This document shows positions 61,201 to 64,000 of a stretch of DNA of 64,000 nt, piece by piece. Location: NCBI RefSeq assembly GCF_902652985.1, contig NC_047015.1:41106001-41170000 (forward strand), given 5' to 3'. A program made the position numbers and the translations under genes. Within the stretch, counting starts at the first letter, position 1. Every line of letters begins with the position of its first letter. The DNA is from Pecten maximus. Lineage: Eukaryota. The notes under the pieces are model-generated. The model had not been told where the DNA came from. It saw only the letters and a program-made list of their open reading frames with translations, and did not search any database.

Positions 61201-62124
61201 GCCCATTAAAGAGTAATTGAGCACAAATGAAATTATGATGGAATGACAGAATGATGGAGAAGGTTAACAAATTAGTTAAAATGGTGAGAACATATACAAT
61301 ATAATAGCAAATGGTTCCACATATGTGGTATAAGCACACTATTACATAATTGCTGTGCTTTTCTGACCTATGTAATTAATCATGAGGCCTGACTTACAAT
61401 GTAATGGGTGAGTTGGGAGCTGTCAGTCTTCAGATCTTGTTGTACCAGGATGTCACCGCTGTTCTTATTCAAGGAGAAATAAGTAGGCCCCGGATCTCTC
61501 CCGGTCAGGGTGTACTCGATGCTTACCTACAAATTGTTACATGTCAAAGTTGTTAAAGTGACAAGCTAAACATTTAAAAAGAACAATCCACTTCTGTTAC
61601 TTTTGTTTTCACAATCAAATTAAAATTACAGAAAGTTACATATTTTACTTAATATAAACAATATAAATACTTGACAAATATGTTGATAAAAAAAAATACA
61701 AACATTGATAACCCACACTGACATTCAATGAAAACACATTTAAAGGATTATCAGAAACCTTGTAATTAGTGTCAGTCTATCAGAAACCTTGTAATTAGTG
61801 TCAGTCTATCAGAAACCTTGTTAGTGTCAGTCTATCAGAAACCTTATCAGTATCAGCCTATCAGAAACCTTAAAATGTGATCTGATAACCTTTCAGATTA
61901 TTAAAAAAGTTTAAAATCATATTTCTAAAATCAAAACTTAAACTTACCCCTGGTGAAGCAACTACACGGGTCACAAAGTCGTTGATTGGTGAATTTTCGC
62001 TTTTAGTCACATTGTACACGGGAAGTGCGAAGGACAGAACGCCCGAGCTTCGCAGGACATTGACAGTTAATGTGGCAGTCGCCTGTTTAATGGGCACACC
62101 TTGATCCATAGCGACAATAGTCAG
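4162..62124 (-). CDS. Giant non-classical cadherin (PCDH15/Cad99C/CDH23-like architecture), 5'-partial, 85 exons, >=4512 aa, >=40 EC repeats + membrane-adjacent domain + TM + PDZ-binding tail
   Basis: 85 exons, all bounded by AG/GT with compatible phases, concatenate into one open frame of 13,539 nt ending in TAA at 4162-4164. Recurrent cadherin motifs are present (PxF, xE, AxDxD, FxIxxxTGxI, AxDxGxP), with one canonical FDYE...DVNDNSP linker, a 24-aa hydrophobic helix and C-terminal TTML. No start codon or signal peptide is in the window. The family assignment comes from architecture, not from a search. Confidence 0.92.
4757..4899 (-). CDS. cadherin exon 84 (cytoplasmic)
   Basis: 143 nt, 0-2; SLNMYVPP...AVNPIFV. 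Confidence 0.85.
5074..5173 (-). CDS. cadherin exon 83 (cytoplasmic)
   Basis: 100 nt, 2-0; YTKYINQYRIY...PPSFLREYETQ. Confidence 0.85.
5315..6085. repeat. 32-bp minisatellite, ~22 copies
   Basis: Unit ACTCAACCACGAGGTCAATAACTGTTTACCCC, degenerate at both ends. Confidence 0.95.
6263..6496 (-). CDS. cadherin exon 82 (transmembrane helix at 6274-6345)
   Basis: 234 nt, 2-2; VFTADK...WAALVALAAIIILLCIVGIIVLVFTHS. Confidence 0.9.
6893..7003. repeat. purine-rich GGAG/GGAA low-complexity tract
   Basis: ggagggaaggagggatgg... repeats. Confidence 0.9.
7027..7098 (-). CDS. cadherin exon 81 (membrane-adjacent domain)
   Basis: 72 nt, 2-2; TDVIFVLGEP...NTRMP. Confidence 0.8.
7462..7560 (-). CDS. cadherin exon 80 (membrane-adjacent domain)
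   Basis: 99 nt, 2-2; AIQDEFQKVCIIERIERRR...IDDA. Confidence 0.85.
7794..7885 (-). CDS. cadherin exon 79 (membrane-adjacent domain)
   Basis: 92 nt, phase 0-2; INIIYHYNRFVLV...KAVIR. Confidence 0.85.
8351..8581 (-). CDS. cadherin exon 78 (last EC)
   Basis: 231 nt, 0-0; ATDEDSELLG...TQSTAY. Confidence 0.9.
8824..9011 (-). CDS. cadherin exon 77 (only canonical DxNDN linker)
   Basis: 188 nt, phase 1-0; (I)QNTHPIASVIIDVLDVNDNSPIF...VMRVH. Confidence 0.9.
9847..10106 (-). CDS. cadherin exon 76 (FDYE motif, RKKR furin site)
   Basis: 260 nt, phase 2-1; (Y)LQLRENID...FDYE...GRKKRQIF. Confidence 0.88.
10310..10705. mobile_element. MITE-like element with terminal hairpin
   Basis: ATCTAACAGTATCTTCATTAATACCAAA (~10574-10601) pairs imperfectly with TTTGGTATAACTGAAGACACTGTTAGAT (~10668-10695); CACTAGTGAAAAATATCA / TGATATTTTTCACTGGTG inverted pair. 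Confidence 0.55.
10741..10868 (-). CDS. cadherin exon 75
   Basis: 128 nt, phase 0-2; VQIQACDESWKPKC...GFKQPVY. Confidence 0.87.
11116..11250 (-). CDS. cadherin exon 74
   Basis: 135 nt, 0-0; TKNAQFTYS...NISPIT. Confidence 0.87.
11621..11824 (-). CDS. cadherin exon 73
   Basis: 204 nt, 0-0; LTVVASDTS...VPLSAG. Confidence 0.9.
12045..12240. repeat. ~45-bp tandem repeat, ~4 copies
   Basis: TGATGTTTGGAACAAAAACAAG(T)GGCCATTATAGGCAGGTGGCC. Confidence 0.9.
12296..12610 (-). CDS. cadherin exon 72 (fused long+short exon)
   Basis: 315 nt, 0-0; INVLATDQS...ADNEYI. Confidence 0.9.
12958..13110 (-). mobile_element. degenerate SINE-like remnant
   Basis: The minus strand begins GGTCGGTTGGCACAGTATTAACACACTCACCTTTCAC, a decayed tRNA-like head, in a GC-richer island within an AT-rich intron. 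Confidence 0.3.
13137..13259 (-). CDS. cadherin exon 71
   Basis: 123 nt, 0-0; DPIVYSIVP...QVERYI. Confidence 0.9.
13423..13805 (+). mobile_element. short HINE-like element
   Basis: 13-bp inverted repeat ATACCCCCGCAAT (13454-13466) / ATTGCGGGGGTAT (13788-13800); 3' hairpin TATACCCCC..GGGGGTATA; (GACA)n(GACG)n microsatellite; A-rich ends. Confidence 0.75.
13881..14063 (-). CDS. cadherin exon 70
   Basis: 183 nt, 0-0; MFVVAKDSG...ATDADN. Confidence 0.9.
14336..14482 (-). CDS. cadherin exon 69
   Basis: 147 nt, 0-0; GDNGKIVYF...TTQSYT. Confidence 0.9.
14636..14818 (-). CDS. cadherin exon 68
   Basis: 183 nt, 0-0; IRVYGYRLN...ATDQDQ. Confidence 0.9.
15246..15407. repeat. ~160-bp near-perfect palindrome (hairpin MITE), adjacent to a second inverted-repeat segment 14999-15246
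   Basis: TAAGCATTGAACTGCTTTCATTTGGAAGTTATGGGCTGATGAATG ... CATTCATCAGCCCATAACTTCCAAATGAAAGCAGTTCAATGCTTA. Confidence 0.9.
15477..15605 (-). CDS. cadherin exon 67
   Basis: 129 nt, 0-0; STIVYEIRG...LTNMYT. Confidence 0.9.
16069..16251 (-). CDS. cadherin exon 66
   Basis: 183 nt, 0-0; FTVGVRDQG...TDPLAG. Confidence 0.9.
16629..16763 (-). CDS. cadherin exon 65
   Basis: 135 nt, 0-0; TSFNSKLNY...PQDVWQ. Confidence 0.85.
16795..17856. repeat. 21-bp minisatellite, ~50 copies, filling intron 64
   Basis: Unit GGCATTGTAATAGAGGGTAAA; it produces the spurious 220-aa ORFs. Confidence 0.97.
17881..18066 (-). CDS. cadherin exon 64
   Basis: 186 nt, 0-0; LRVIVRDTS...TDPDPV. Confidence 0.9.
18173..18425 (+). 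mobile_element. decayed HINE-like element
   Basis: GTCCCCAACCAA near the 5' end versus TTGGTAGGGGAC near the 3' end; internal GTGACCTTGA; (CATA)n tract. Confidence 0.45.
18538..18675 (-). CDS. cadherin exon 63
   Basis: 138 nt, 0-0; MPENNLFYS...KPLDYI. Confidence 0.9.
19045..19230 (-). CDS. cadherin exon 62
   Basis: 186 nt, 0-0; LLIEAYDTK...TDSDTT. Confidence 0.87.
19539..19667 (-). CDS. cadherin exon 61
   Basis: 129 nt, 0-0; GAIRYEVKG...LFPNYF. Confidence 0.9.
19780..19965 (-). CDS. cadherin exon 60
   Basis: 186 nt, 0-0; FNVFVSDSR...SDSDLQ. Confidence 0.9.
20413..20538 (-). CDS. cadherin exon 59
   Basis: 126 nt, 0-0; DRLIYTSDM...TPSRFD. Confidence 0.87.
20766..20948 (-). CDS. cadherin exon 58
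   Basis: 183 nt, 0-0; LRVEVYDSY...ATDADG. Confidence 0.9.
21289..21980 (+). mobile_element. HINE-like element
   Basis: 5' CAAGAGGCCCATGGGCC plus GTCATCTGA; 3' GACG/GACA tract then hairpin GTCATC..CCTTCGG..TCAGATGAC; internal repeat at ~370-bp spacing and 3x21-bp repeat at ~21599-21665. Confidence 0.7.
22014..22142 (-). CDS. cadherin exon 57
   Basis: 129 nt, 0-0, AAG acceptor; GNMTYKLVG...ETMEYT. Confidence 0.86.
22313..22501 (-). CDS. cadherin exon 56
   Basis: 189 nt, 0-0, AAG acceptor; VQIEATDNG...TDQDRR. Confidence 0.86.
22535..22750. repeat. 23/29-bp tandem repeat, ~8 copies
   Basis: (ATACC)CTAATCTGTACCAGGTTATCAACC. Confidence 0.92.
23268..23393 (-). CDS. cadherin exon 55
   Basis: 126 nt, 0-0; STLTCSVIG...VTEIYT. 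Confidence 0.87.
23650..24055. repeat. 47-bp tandem repeat of exon 54 3' end + 5' splice site, 8 donor copies
   Basis: Unit CCAGCAATACTTACACTATCCGGGTCGGATACATTGAGGGCTAGGGA; donors at 24018, 23971, 23924, 23877, 23830, 23783, 23736, 23689. Confidence 0.96.
24019..24201 (-). CDS. cadherin exon 54 (donor tandemly duplicated)
   Basis: 183 nt, 0-0; LEVVAYDTG...VSDPDS. Confidence 0.88.
24383..24511 (-). CDS. cadherin exon 53
   Basis: 129 nt, 0-0; GDIVYETVG...NLLKYT. Confidence 0.9.
24865..25898. repeat. 42-bp (some 31-bp) tandem repeat of exon 52 3' end + 5' splice site, ~25 copies
   Basis: Unit TTGACCTTGACACCTGTACTTACCAGCGTTGGTGTCCTTGTA; the minus strand reads ...ACGCTG|GTAAGTAC. Confidence 0.96.
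25881..26066 (-). CDS. cadherin exon 52 (3' end ambiguous: tandem donor ladder)
   Basis: 186 nt to the first donor, 0-0; CQVAVTDNG...TRTPTL. Confidence 0.82.
26195..26317 (-). CDS. cadherin exon 51
   Basis: 123 nt, 0-0; DTLEYSLTG...NDPQYN. Confidence 0.9.
26673..26855 (-). CDS. cadherin exon 50
   Basis: 183 nt, 0-0; LTVRAYDNN...ANDNDN. Confidence 0.9.
27246..27557 (-). CDS. cadherin exon 49 (fused long+short exon)
   Basis: 312 nt, 0-0; MVVRATDSG...RTAVYT. Confidence 0.9.
27968..28440. repeat. 39-bp minisatellite, ~12 copies
   Basis: AATTGATCATAATTAACTCTTTGACAGTGCTGTAGTAAC. Confidence 0.96.
28451..28585 (-). CDS. cadherin exon 48
   Basis: 135 nt, 0-0; DEVVYDLIG...SVSSFS. Confidence 0.9.
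29362..29544 (-). CDS. cadherin exon 47
   Basis: 183 nt, 0-0; LTIEAYDSA...ASDADG. Confidence 0.9.
29557..30452. repeat. ~58-61-bp minisatellite, ~15 copies
   Basis: AGTCTTATAATCCCTCACTGTTATCCTACACGATGAGAGGATATAAATCAGTAGACAAATT. Confidence 0.96.
30718..30843 (-). CDS. cadherin exon 46
   Basis: 126 nt, 0-0; GNMTYVVTG...ARTTYI. Confidence 0.9.
31155..31340 (-). CDS. cadherin exon 45
   Basis: 186 nt, 0-0; FTVRASDQS...TDADLR. Confidence 0.9.
31739..31855 (-). CDS. cadherin exon 44
   Basis: 117 nt, 0-0; DTVQYTVTS...AQKSFT. Confidence 0.88.
32485..32670 (-). CDS. cadherin exon 43
   Basis: 186 nt, 0-0; LRVQVYDSE...ASDADN. Confidence 0.9.
33122..33250 (-). CDS. cadherin exon 42
   Basis: 129 nt, 0-0; ETGGKLEYK...NALNYV. 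Confidence 0.87.
34050..34232 (-). CDS. cadherin exon 41
   Basis: 183 nt, 0-0; MTIEASDQR...TDVDLS. Confidence 0.9.
34717..34830 (-). CDS. cadherin exon 40
   Basis: 114 nt, 0-0; DVMAFRILG...DPVTYV. Confidence 0.88.
35047..35232 (-). CDS. cadherin exon 39
   Basis: 186 nt, 0-0; MTVAVYDSY...AGDIDN. Confidence 0.9.
35782..35901 (-). CDS. cadherin exon 38 (acceptor duplicated 49 nt upstream)
   Basis: 120 nt, 0-0; GTLQYMVSG...NVVNFV. Confidence 0.87.
35888..35986. repeat. perfect 49-bp tandem duplication containing the exon 38 3' splice site
   Basis: TATTGGAGGGTTCCCTGTCAAACACATCTCAATGTCTAAATACATATCT x2. Confidence 0.95.
36476..36670 (-). CDS. cadherin exon 37
   Basis: 195 nt, 0-0; FNVRARDQG...SDADRR. 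Confidence 0.9.
37062..37196 (-). CDS. cadherin exon 36
   Basis: 135 nt, 0-0; DDVRYNIVN...PVAQYS. Confidence 0.9.
37504..37689 (-). CDS. cadherin exon 35
   Basis: 186 nt, 0-0; LRVEAYDMA...AIDPDG. Confidence 0.9.
37976..38110 (-). CDS. cadherin exon 34
   Basis: 135 nt, 0-0; LPSRIMYEI...NTLVYT. Confidence 0.87.
38501..38686 (-). CDS. cadherin exon 33
   Basis: 186 nt, 0-0; MVIEAADQR...VDDDLL. Confidence 0.9.
38893..39337. repeat. 32-bp minisatellite, ~14 copies
   Basis: GAATACAGCGATCCTYTCYAAGTTAACAATTT. Confidence 0.96.
39470..39595 (-). CDS. cadherin exon 32
   Basis: 126 nt, 0-0; DVVTYRIVS...LFNNTI. Confidence 0.9.
39601..39905. repeat. ~62-bp tandem repeat, ~5 copies
   Basis: AAACACAAACCCC..TAATAAAATACCAGATAATACAGTATTGAGTAAAATATAT. 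Confidence 0.88.
40315..40503 (-). CDS. cadherin exon 31
   Basis: 189 nt, 0-0; VELSVYDSL...SDSDPL. Confidence 0.87.
40795..40923 (-). CDS. cadherin exon 30
   Basis: 129 nt, 0-0; GVLVYEITG...NLVRYT. Confidence 0.9.
41189..41374 (-). CDS. cadherin exon 29
   Basis: 186 nt, 0-0; FTVYARDQR...RDTDLT. Confidence 0.9.
41495..46829. repeat. 5.3-kb 29/31-bp satellite filling intron 28 (~175 copies)
   Basis: Unit ACTAGAACTGTACTGGGTATTATCTATAG with or without AG/GG; begins ~5 nt from the exon 28 donor. Confidence 0.98.
46835..46957 (-). CDS. cadherin exon 28
   Basis: 123 nt, 0-0; DIPVYRMTG...PTVQYN. Confidence 0.9.
47237..47755. repeat. 26-bp minisatellite, ~20 copies
   Basis: ACACCATCAGTAGTACCTACAATGTA. 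Confidence 0.96.
47788..47970 (-). CDS. cadherin exon 27
   Basis: 183 nt, 0-0; FKVMTFDTG...AVDLNG. Confidence 0.9.
48294..48410 (-). CDS. cadherin exon 26
   Basis: 117 nt, 0-0; GQVVYEVVV...LDITYR. Confidence 0.88.
48808..48993 (-). CDS. cadherin exon 25
   Basis: 186 nt, 0-0; LGVQACDTG...IDNSPL. Confidence 0.9.
49272..49415 (-). CDS. cadherin exon 24
   Basis: 144 nt, 0-0; DDISYSIVD...DITRFV. Confidence 0.9.
49613..49798 (-). CDS. cadherin exon 23
   Basis: 186 nt, 0-0; YLVVAYDSL...TDNDNH. Confidence 0.9.
50335..50466 (-). CDS. cadherin exon 22
   Basis: 132 nt, 0-0; GSVKYRAIG...QYSQFT. Confidence 0.88.
50799..50990 (-). CDS. cadherin exon 21
   Basis: 192 nt, 0-0; MTVQATDDR...TDADVK. Confidence 0.9.
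51435..51560 (-). CDS. cadherin exon 20
   Basis: 126 nt, 0-0; DTMTYTALP...RRLSFQ. Confidence 0.88.
51622..51778. repeat. ~47-bp tandem repeat, 3 copies
   Basis: TAATCTAAACTTTATATATGTTACTACACGACACAGAATATAAACAC. Confidence 0.9.
51871..52053 (-). CDS. cadherin exon 19
   Basis: 183 nt, 0-0; LVVEAYDSQ...ASDNDG. Confidence 0.9.
52244..52366 (-). CDS. cadherin exon 18
   Basis: 123 nt, 0-0; GYMVYQVVG...INTEYF. Confidence 0.9.
52596..52787 (-). CDS. cadherin exon 17
   Basis: 192 nt, 0-0; MNVRVRDQR...RDLDMQ. Confidence 0.9.
52949..53092 (-). CDS. cadherin exon 16
   Basis: 144 nt, 0-0; DTLRYELLS...RPTLYQ. Confidence 0.9.
53102..53255. repeat. 50-bp tandem repeat, 3 copies
   Basis: ATAGTCATATAACTCCATAATTAGACTGCACAGTCATCTAATATCTAACG. 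Confidence 0.92.
53334..53510 (-). CDS. cadherin exon 15
   Basis: 177 nt, 0-0; VILTAYDSG...ASDGDG. Confidence 0.9.
53730..53852 (-). CDS. cadherin exon 14
   Basis: 123 nt, 0-0; GQMVYNIVG...IVEQYL. Confidence 0.9.
54077..54253 (-). CDS. cadherin exon 13
   Basis: 177 nt, 0-0; FTVTVRDVG...NDQDLQ. Confidence 0.88.
54431..54559 (-). CDS. cadherin exon 12
   Basis: 129 nt, 0-0; DKLAFYMDA...IYNQFT. Confidence 0.9.
54565..54880. repeat. degenerate ~30-bp tandem repeat
   Basis: AAAAAGTTACACAAATGTTACCATAGTAAC-like units. Confidence 0.75.
55162..55344 (-). CDS. cadherin exon 11
   Basis: 183 nt, 0-0; LRVAAFDTF...ATDADN. Confidence 0.9.
55654..55782 (-). CDS. cadherin exon 10
   Basis: 129 nt, 0-0; ETINYVVEG...QTGVYE. 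Confidence 0.9.
55806..57925. repeat. 40-bp minisatellite, ~53 copies, filling intron 9
   Basis: TAAGTGTATMCACTGATGTTAGACTTTATCTCACGGGAGT. Confidence 0.98.
58047..58232 (-). CDS. cadherin exon 9
   Basis: 186 nt, 0-0; ITIRACDQR...TDADLE. Confidence 0.9.
58414..58536 (-). CDS. cadherin exon 8
   Basis: 123 nt, 0-0; DEIRFDITG...TQALDR. Confidence 0.87.
58896..59078 (-). CDS. cadherin exon 7
   Basis: 183 nt, 0-0; LHVIAYDSV...ATDADG. Confidence 0.9.
59361..59489 (-). CDS. cadherin exon 6
   Basis: 129 nt, 0-0; GQIMYDVIH...VQQNYQ. Confidence 0.9.
59634..59822 (-). CDS. cadherin exon 5
   Basis: 189 nt, 0-0; FNVQASDQG...TDSDRR. Confidence 0.9.
60331..60453 (-). CDS. cadherin exon 4
   Basis: 123 nt, 0-0; DQIKFSIVD...NVANYS. 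Confidence 0.9.
60688..60945. repeat. 30-bp minisatellite, ~8 copies
   Basis: GGGGACAGAACAGGGTTATCATACTCCCCT. Confidence 0.95.
60959..61141 (-). CDS. cadherin exon 3, long type X
   Basis: 183 nt, 0-0; LLVKAVSFD...ANDADN. Confidence 0.9.
61398..61526 (-). CDS. cadherin exon 2, short
   Basis: 129 nt, 0-0; VSIEYTLTG...QLTHYI. Confidence 0.85.
61749..61870. repeat. ~29-bp tandem repeat, ~4 copies
   Basis: TATCAGAAACCTTGTAATTAGTGTCAGTC. Confidence 0.85.
61948..62124 (-). CDS. cadherin exon 1 (in window), long type Y
   Basis: AG/GT, 177 nt, phase 0-0; LTIVAMDQG...VVASPG. Confidence 0.88.
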
Positions 62125-62149
62125 CTAAAACAACAGAATAATATGGCTT

Positions 62150-64000
62150 TCAGTCTATAATACTTATAAAATTCCTCCAATCTATAATACATCTATAATT
62201 CCTCCAGTCTATAATACATCTATAATTCCTCCAATCTATAATACATCTATAATTCCTCCAGTCTATAATACATCTATAATTCCTTCAGTCTATAATACAT
62301 CTATAATTCCTCCAATCTATAATACATCTATAATTCCTTCAGTCTATAATACATCTATAATTCCTCCAATCTATCATACATCTATAATTCCTCCAGTCTA
62401 TAATACATCTATAATTCCTCCAGTCTATAATACATCTATAATTCCTCACGTCTATAATACATCTATAATTCCTCCAATCTATCATACATCTATAATTCCT
62501 CCAGTCTATAATACTTATATAATTCCTCCAGTCTATAATACATCTATAATTCCTCCAGTCTATAATACATCTATAATTCCTCCAGTCTATAATACTTATA
62601 TAATTCCTCCAATCTATCATACATCTATAATTCCTCCAGTCTATGATACATCTATAATTCCTCCAGTCTATAATACATCTATAATTCCTCCAGTCTATAA
62701 TACTTATAAAATTCCTCCAATCTATAATACTTCTATAATTCCTCCAGTCTATAATACATCTATAATTCCTCCAATCTTTAATACATCTATAATTCCTCCA
62801 GTCTATGATACATCTATAATTCCTCCAGTCTATAATACATCTATAATTCCTCCAATCTATAATACATCTATAATTCCTCCAGTCTATAATACATCTATAA
62901 TTCCTTCAGTCTATAATACATCTATAATTCCTCCAGTCTATAACACATCTATAATTCCTCCAATCTATAATACATCTATAATTCCTCCAGTCTATAATAC
63001 TTATATAATTCCTCCAGTCTATAATACATCTATAATTCCTCCAGTCTATAATACATCTATAATTCCTCCAGTCTATAATACTTATATAATTCCTCCAGTC
63101 TATAACACATCTATAATTCCTCCAATCTATAATACATCTATAATTCCTCCAGTCTATAATACTTATATAATTCCTCCAGTCTATAATACATCTATAATTC
63201 CTCCAGTCTATAATACATCTATAATTCCTCCAGTCTATAATACTTATATAATTCCTCCAGTCTATAACACATCTATAATTCCTCCAATCTATAATACATC
63301 TATAATTCCTCCAGTCTATAATACTTATATAATTCCTCCAGTCTATAATACATCTATAATTCCTCCAGTCTATAATACATCTATAATTCCTCCAATCTTT
63401 AATACATCTATAATTCCTCCAGTCTATGATACATCTATAATTCCTCCAGTCTATAATACATCTATAATTCCTCCAATCTATAATACATCTATAATTCCTC
63501 CAGTCTATAATACATCTATAATTCCTTCAGTCTATAATACATCTATAATTCCTCCAGTCTATAACACATCTATAATTCCTCCAATCTATAATACATCTAT
63601 AATTCCTCCAGTCTATAATACTTATATAATTCCTCCAGTCTATAATACATCTATAATTCCTCCAGTCTATAATACATCTATAATTCCTCCAGTCTATAAT
63701 ACTTATATAATTCCTCCAATCTATAATACATCTATAATTCCTCCAGTCTATAATACATCTATAATTCCTCCAGTCTATGATACATCTATAATTCCTCCAG
63801 TCTATGATACATCTATAATTCCTCCAGTCTATAATACATCTATAATTCCTCCAGTCTATGATACATCTATAATTCCTCCAGTCTATAATACATCTATAAT
63901 TCCTCCAGTCTATAATACATCTATAATTCCTCCAGTATATAATTCCTCCAATCTATAATACATCTATAATTCCTCCAGTCTATAATACATCTATAATTCC
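62150..64000. repeat. 27-bp satellite, >=68 copies, runs off the window end
   Basis: CAGTCTATAATACATCTATAATTCCTC. Confidence 0.98.

Noticed and set aside
4162-62124. Fat/Fat4, Dachsous, CELSR or classical cadherin identity
   Set aside because: No EGF/LamG/7TM region between the ECs and the TM, no catenin-binding tail, too many ECs and atypical linkers. No gene symbol was assigned.
11116-62124. Dscam-like mutually exclusive exon clusters or clustered-protocadherin variable exons
   Set aside because: Exons alternate as complementary halves that build consecutive domains. They are not runs of interchangeable paralogous exons.

Overview
AT-rich animal genomic DNA. The intron structure and the style of the Helentron-like elements suggest an invertebrate, possibly a bivalve mollusc (inference only). 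Almost the whole window (62124 down to 4162, minus strand) is the 3' part of one giant cadherin gene whose 5' end lies beyond position 64000. By hand I assembled 85 GT-AG exons into one uninterrupted frame of 13,539 nt (4,512 aa plus stop). It encodes 40 complete extracellular cadherin (EC) repeats plus part of a 41st, a ~130-aa non-EC membrane-adjacent segment, one TM helix and a ~100-aa tail ending in a class I PDZ-binding motif (TTML*). This is a PCDH15/Cad99C/CDH23-type architecture, not a Fat or classical cadherin one. Unusual points: (i) 39 of 40 inter-EC linkers replace DxNDN, mostly with x-R-[ND]-x-x-x-P, and lack DRE; (ii) the EC region is built from phase-0 exons in a 4-exon/2-EC higher-order repeat; (iii) an RKKR furin site lies inside the penultimate EC; (iv) intronic minisatellites arise at exon edges, and in three places they have amplified the splice site itself, including an in-frame ladder of 5' splice sites. 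The introns also hold Helentron-associated-like elements and hairpin MITEs, and a tRNA-containing solo LTR lies downstream of the gene. All coordinates were counted manually, no database searches were run, and there is no transcript evidence.
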